From the NCBI RefSeq assembly GCF_001194135.2, contig NC_068983.1, positions 114,871,438 to 114,935,437 of the forward strand: a DNA stretch of 64,000 nt. Reading direction: 5' to 3'. This DNA is from Octopus bimaculoides. Lineage: Eukaryota. Both the position numbers and the translations under genes were made by a program. The notes beneath the pieces are model-generated. The model had not been told where the DNA came from. It worked only from the letters and a program-made list of their open reading frames with translations, and did not search any database. Numbering within the stretch: position 1 is the stretch's first letter; each line of letters starts with the position of its first letter. Below, in pieces: positions 62,641-64,000 of the stretch.

Positions 62641-63744
62641 TTGAGGGACAGAGAAGGTTCCTTACATTAGAAGAGAAATACGGTTACCTTAGATGGAGAG
62701 AGAGGGAAGAGGGGGGAGAGAAAAGTGATGAAAATGTGATGGGGAAAGGGAAAGAGCCATTCACCCAAGTTACAATGAGGTGACTGGGGATTTGAGAATG
62801 TATGTGGGTGGATGTAATGAGTGGGCACTGGTAGAGGGAAAGGGTATTAGGTGGAAACAGCTGTGATGAGCACAGGTGGTAAAATCCACATAGATGTGGA
62901 TTTTACTTACACACACATATATATACAGACAGATATGTGTGTGCCCATATATATACCATTTAATATACACAATTACTAAAGAGCTACTAATAGTTTCATG
63001 CTTGAAGATATGTTAAATACGTTAGATAGCTACTCAGTCTGGATTGGGTGGTGTCCTGTTCAACAAAAGAAACTTGTCCATGTGTTTGCATTTGCTAAAA
63101 GTTTCAGATCTGGAATTAAGTAGTGTGGTGGAATTCTTTAATCTAAAAAGAATGTGAAATCTTTCAGTTAAGCAAAACTTACATCTCTTTGATCAATTTA
63201 TATATGGCATAGATATTTGCATGAGTCTCCACTTGATTGCATGTGGAATGCACTTGGTCTTCAGATCCCTTACATGGCTAGTCACTTTAGTGGCCTTATT
63301 TTTATCAATGTGTCAAAAAGAAGGCTGGTGGTTTGAATAACGTCTTTAAAAATTTATCTTTTCAGTTAATTTGTCATGGAGAACTGCTGTAACTTTAGCT
63401 TCATAGACAACTGCATTTATCAAACACATCTAATCAAGTAGGCGAGCTTCAGGGATTTGACAGTTACAACTAGGAGTGTTTTTTTTGGTGTGACTTATAA
63501 GTGATATTGTCCTTCATATTGGGGCAACATATGCATACATAGTTTATCTTTTATCTATCTGTCTATATATATGTGTGTGTATGTGTGTGTGTGTGTGTGT
63601 GTTTATATATACACATACATACAATCACACACCCTAGTGCAAACATGCTATCTTAAAAATAACATCTCTAGCTTTGACATGAGGTTTCGTACACGTGATT
63701 TATAAGTGCAAATTTCTGTGTATATTATATATATATATGTCAAC

Positions 63745-64000
63745 ATCATCATCATCATTGTTGTTTAATATTTCTTCCATGTTGGCATTGGTTGGACAGT
63801 TTGACAAGATCTGACAAGCCAGAAGAATATGCCTTGCTTCACAATCTGCTTTGGAATGATTTCTACAACTGGATGCCCTTCCTAATGCTAACCACAGCAG
63901 AAAGTACAAGGTGCTGTTTTCATGGCACTGGCACAAGTAAAGTCATTAAGTAATTTGCAAGACAAGACCCCGTCAAATGAGTCAGGGTGTAGAATTGAGG
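63745..64000 (-). mobile_element. Retroposon family D variant
   Basis: (CAT)n tail and ctggatgcccttcctaatgc core. Confidence 0.7.

Overview
AT-rich, repeat-saturated animal genomic DNA with many N gaps; the SINE, MITE and microsatellite content looks like a coleoid cephalopod, probably Octopus (inference from repeat recognition). The only well-supported host gene is a minus-strand pseudouridine-5'-phosphatase (PUDP/HDHD1, HAD family). Two internal exons (14593-14718 and 6011-6103) splice in frame across an 8.5 kb intron; the first and last exons were not found in the window. The rest is mobile DNA: several SINE-like retroposon families (local labels A-G); remnants of RTE, CR1/L2, Tx1/L1 and R4/Dong-like LINEs; Helitrons; and mariner, DD37D (maT), Tigger/pogo, hAT and piggyBac-type DNA elements. 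Most notable: a Tx1-type LINE inserted between the A and B boxes of a SINE's tRNA-like head, a SINE with a 72-bp target-site duplication, a Helitron-like element carrying a telomere-like (CCCTAA)n array, several foldback elements, a pre-miRNA-sized intronic hairpin, and SINE tails touching splice sites of both PUDP exons. No CRISPR array, rRNA or genuine tRNA gene is seen, and no clearly new multi-gene system. Coordinates of degenerate repeats are approximate.
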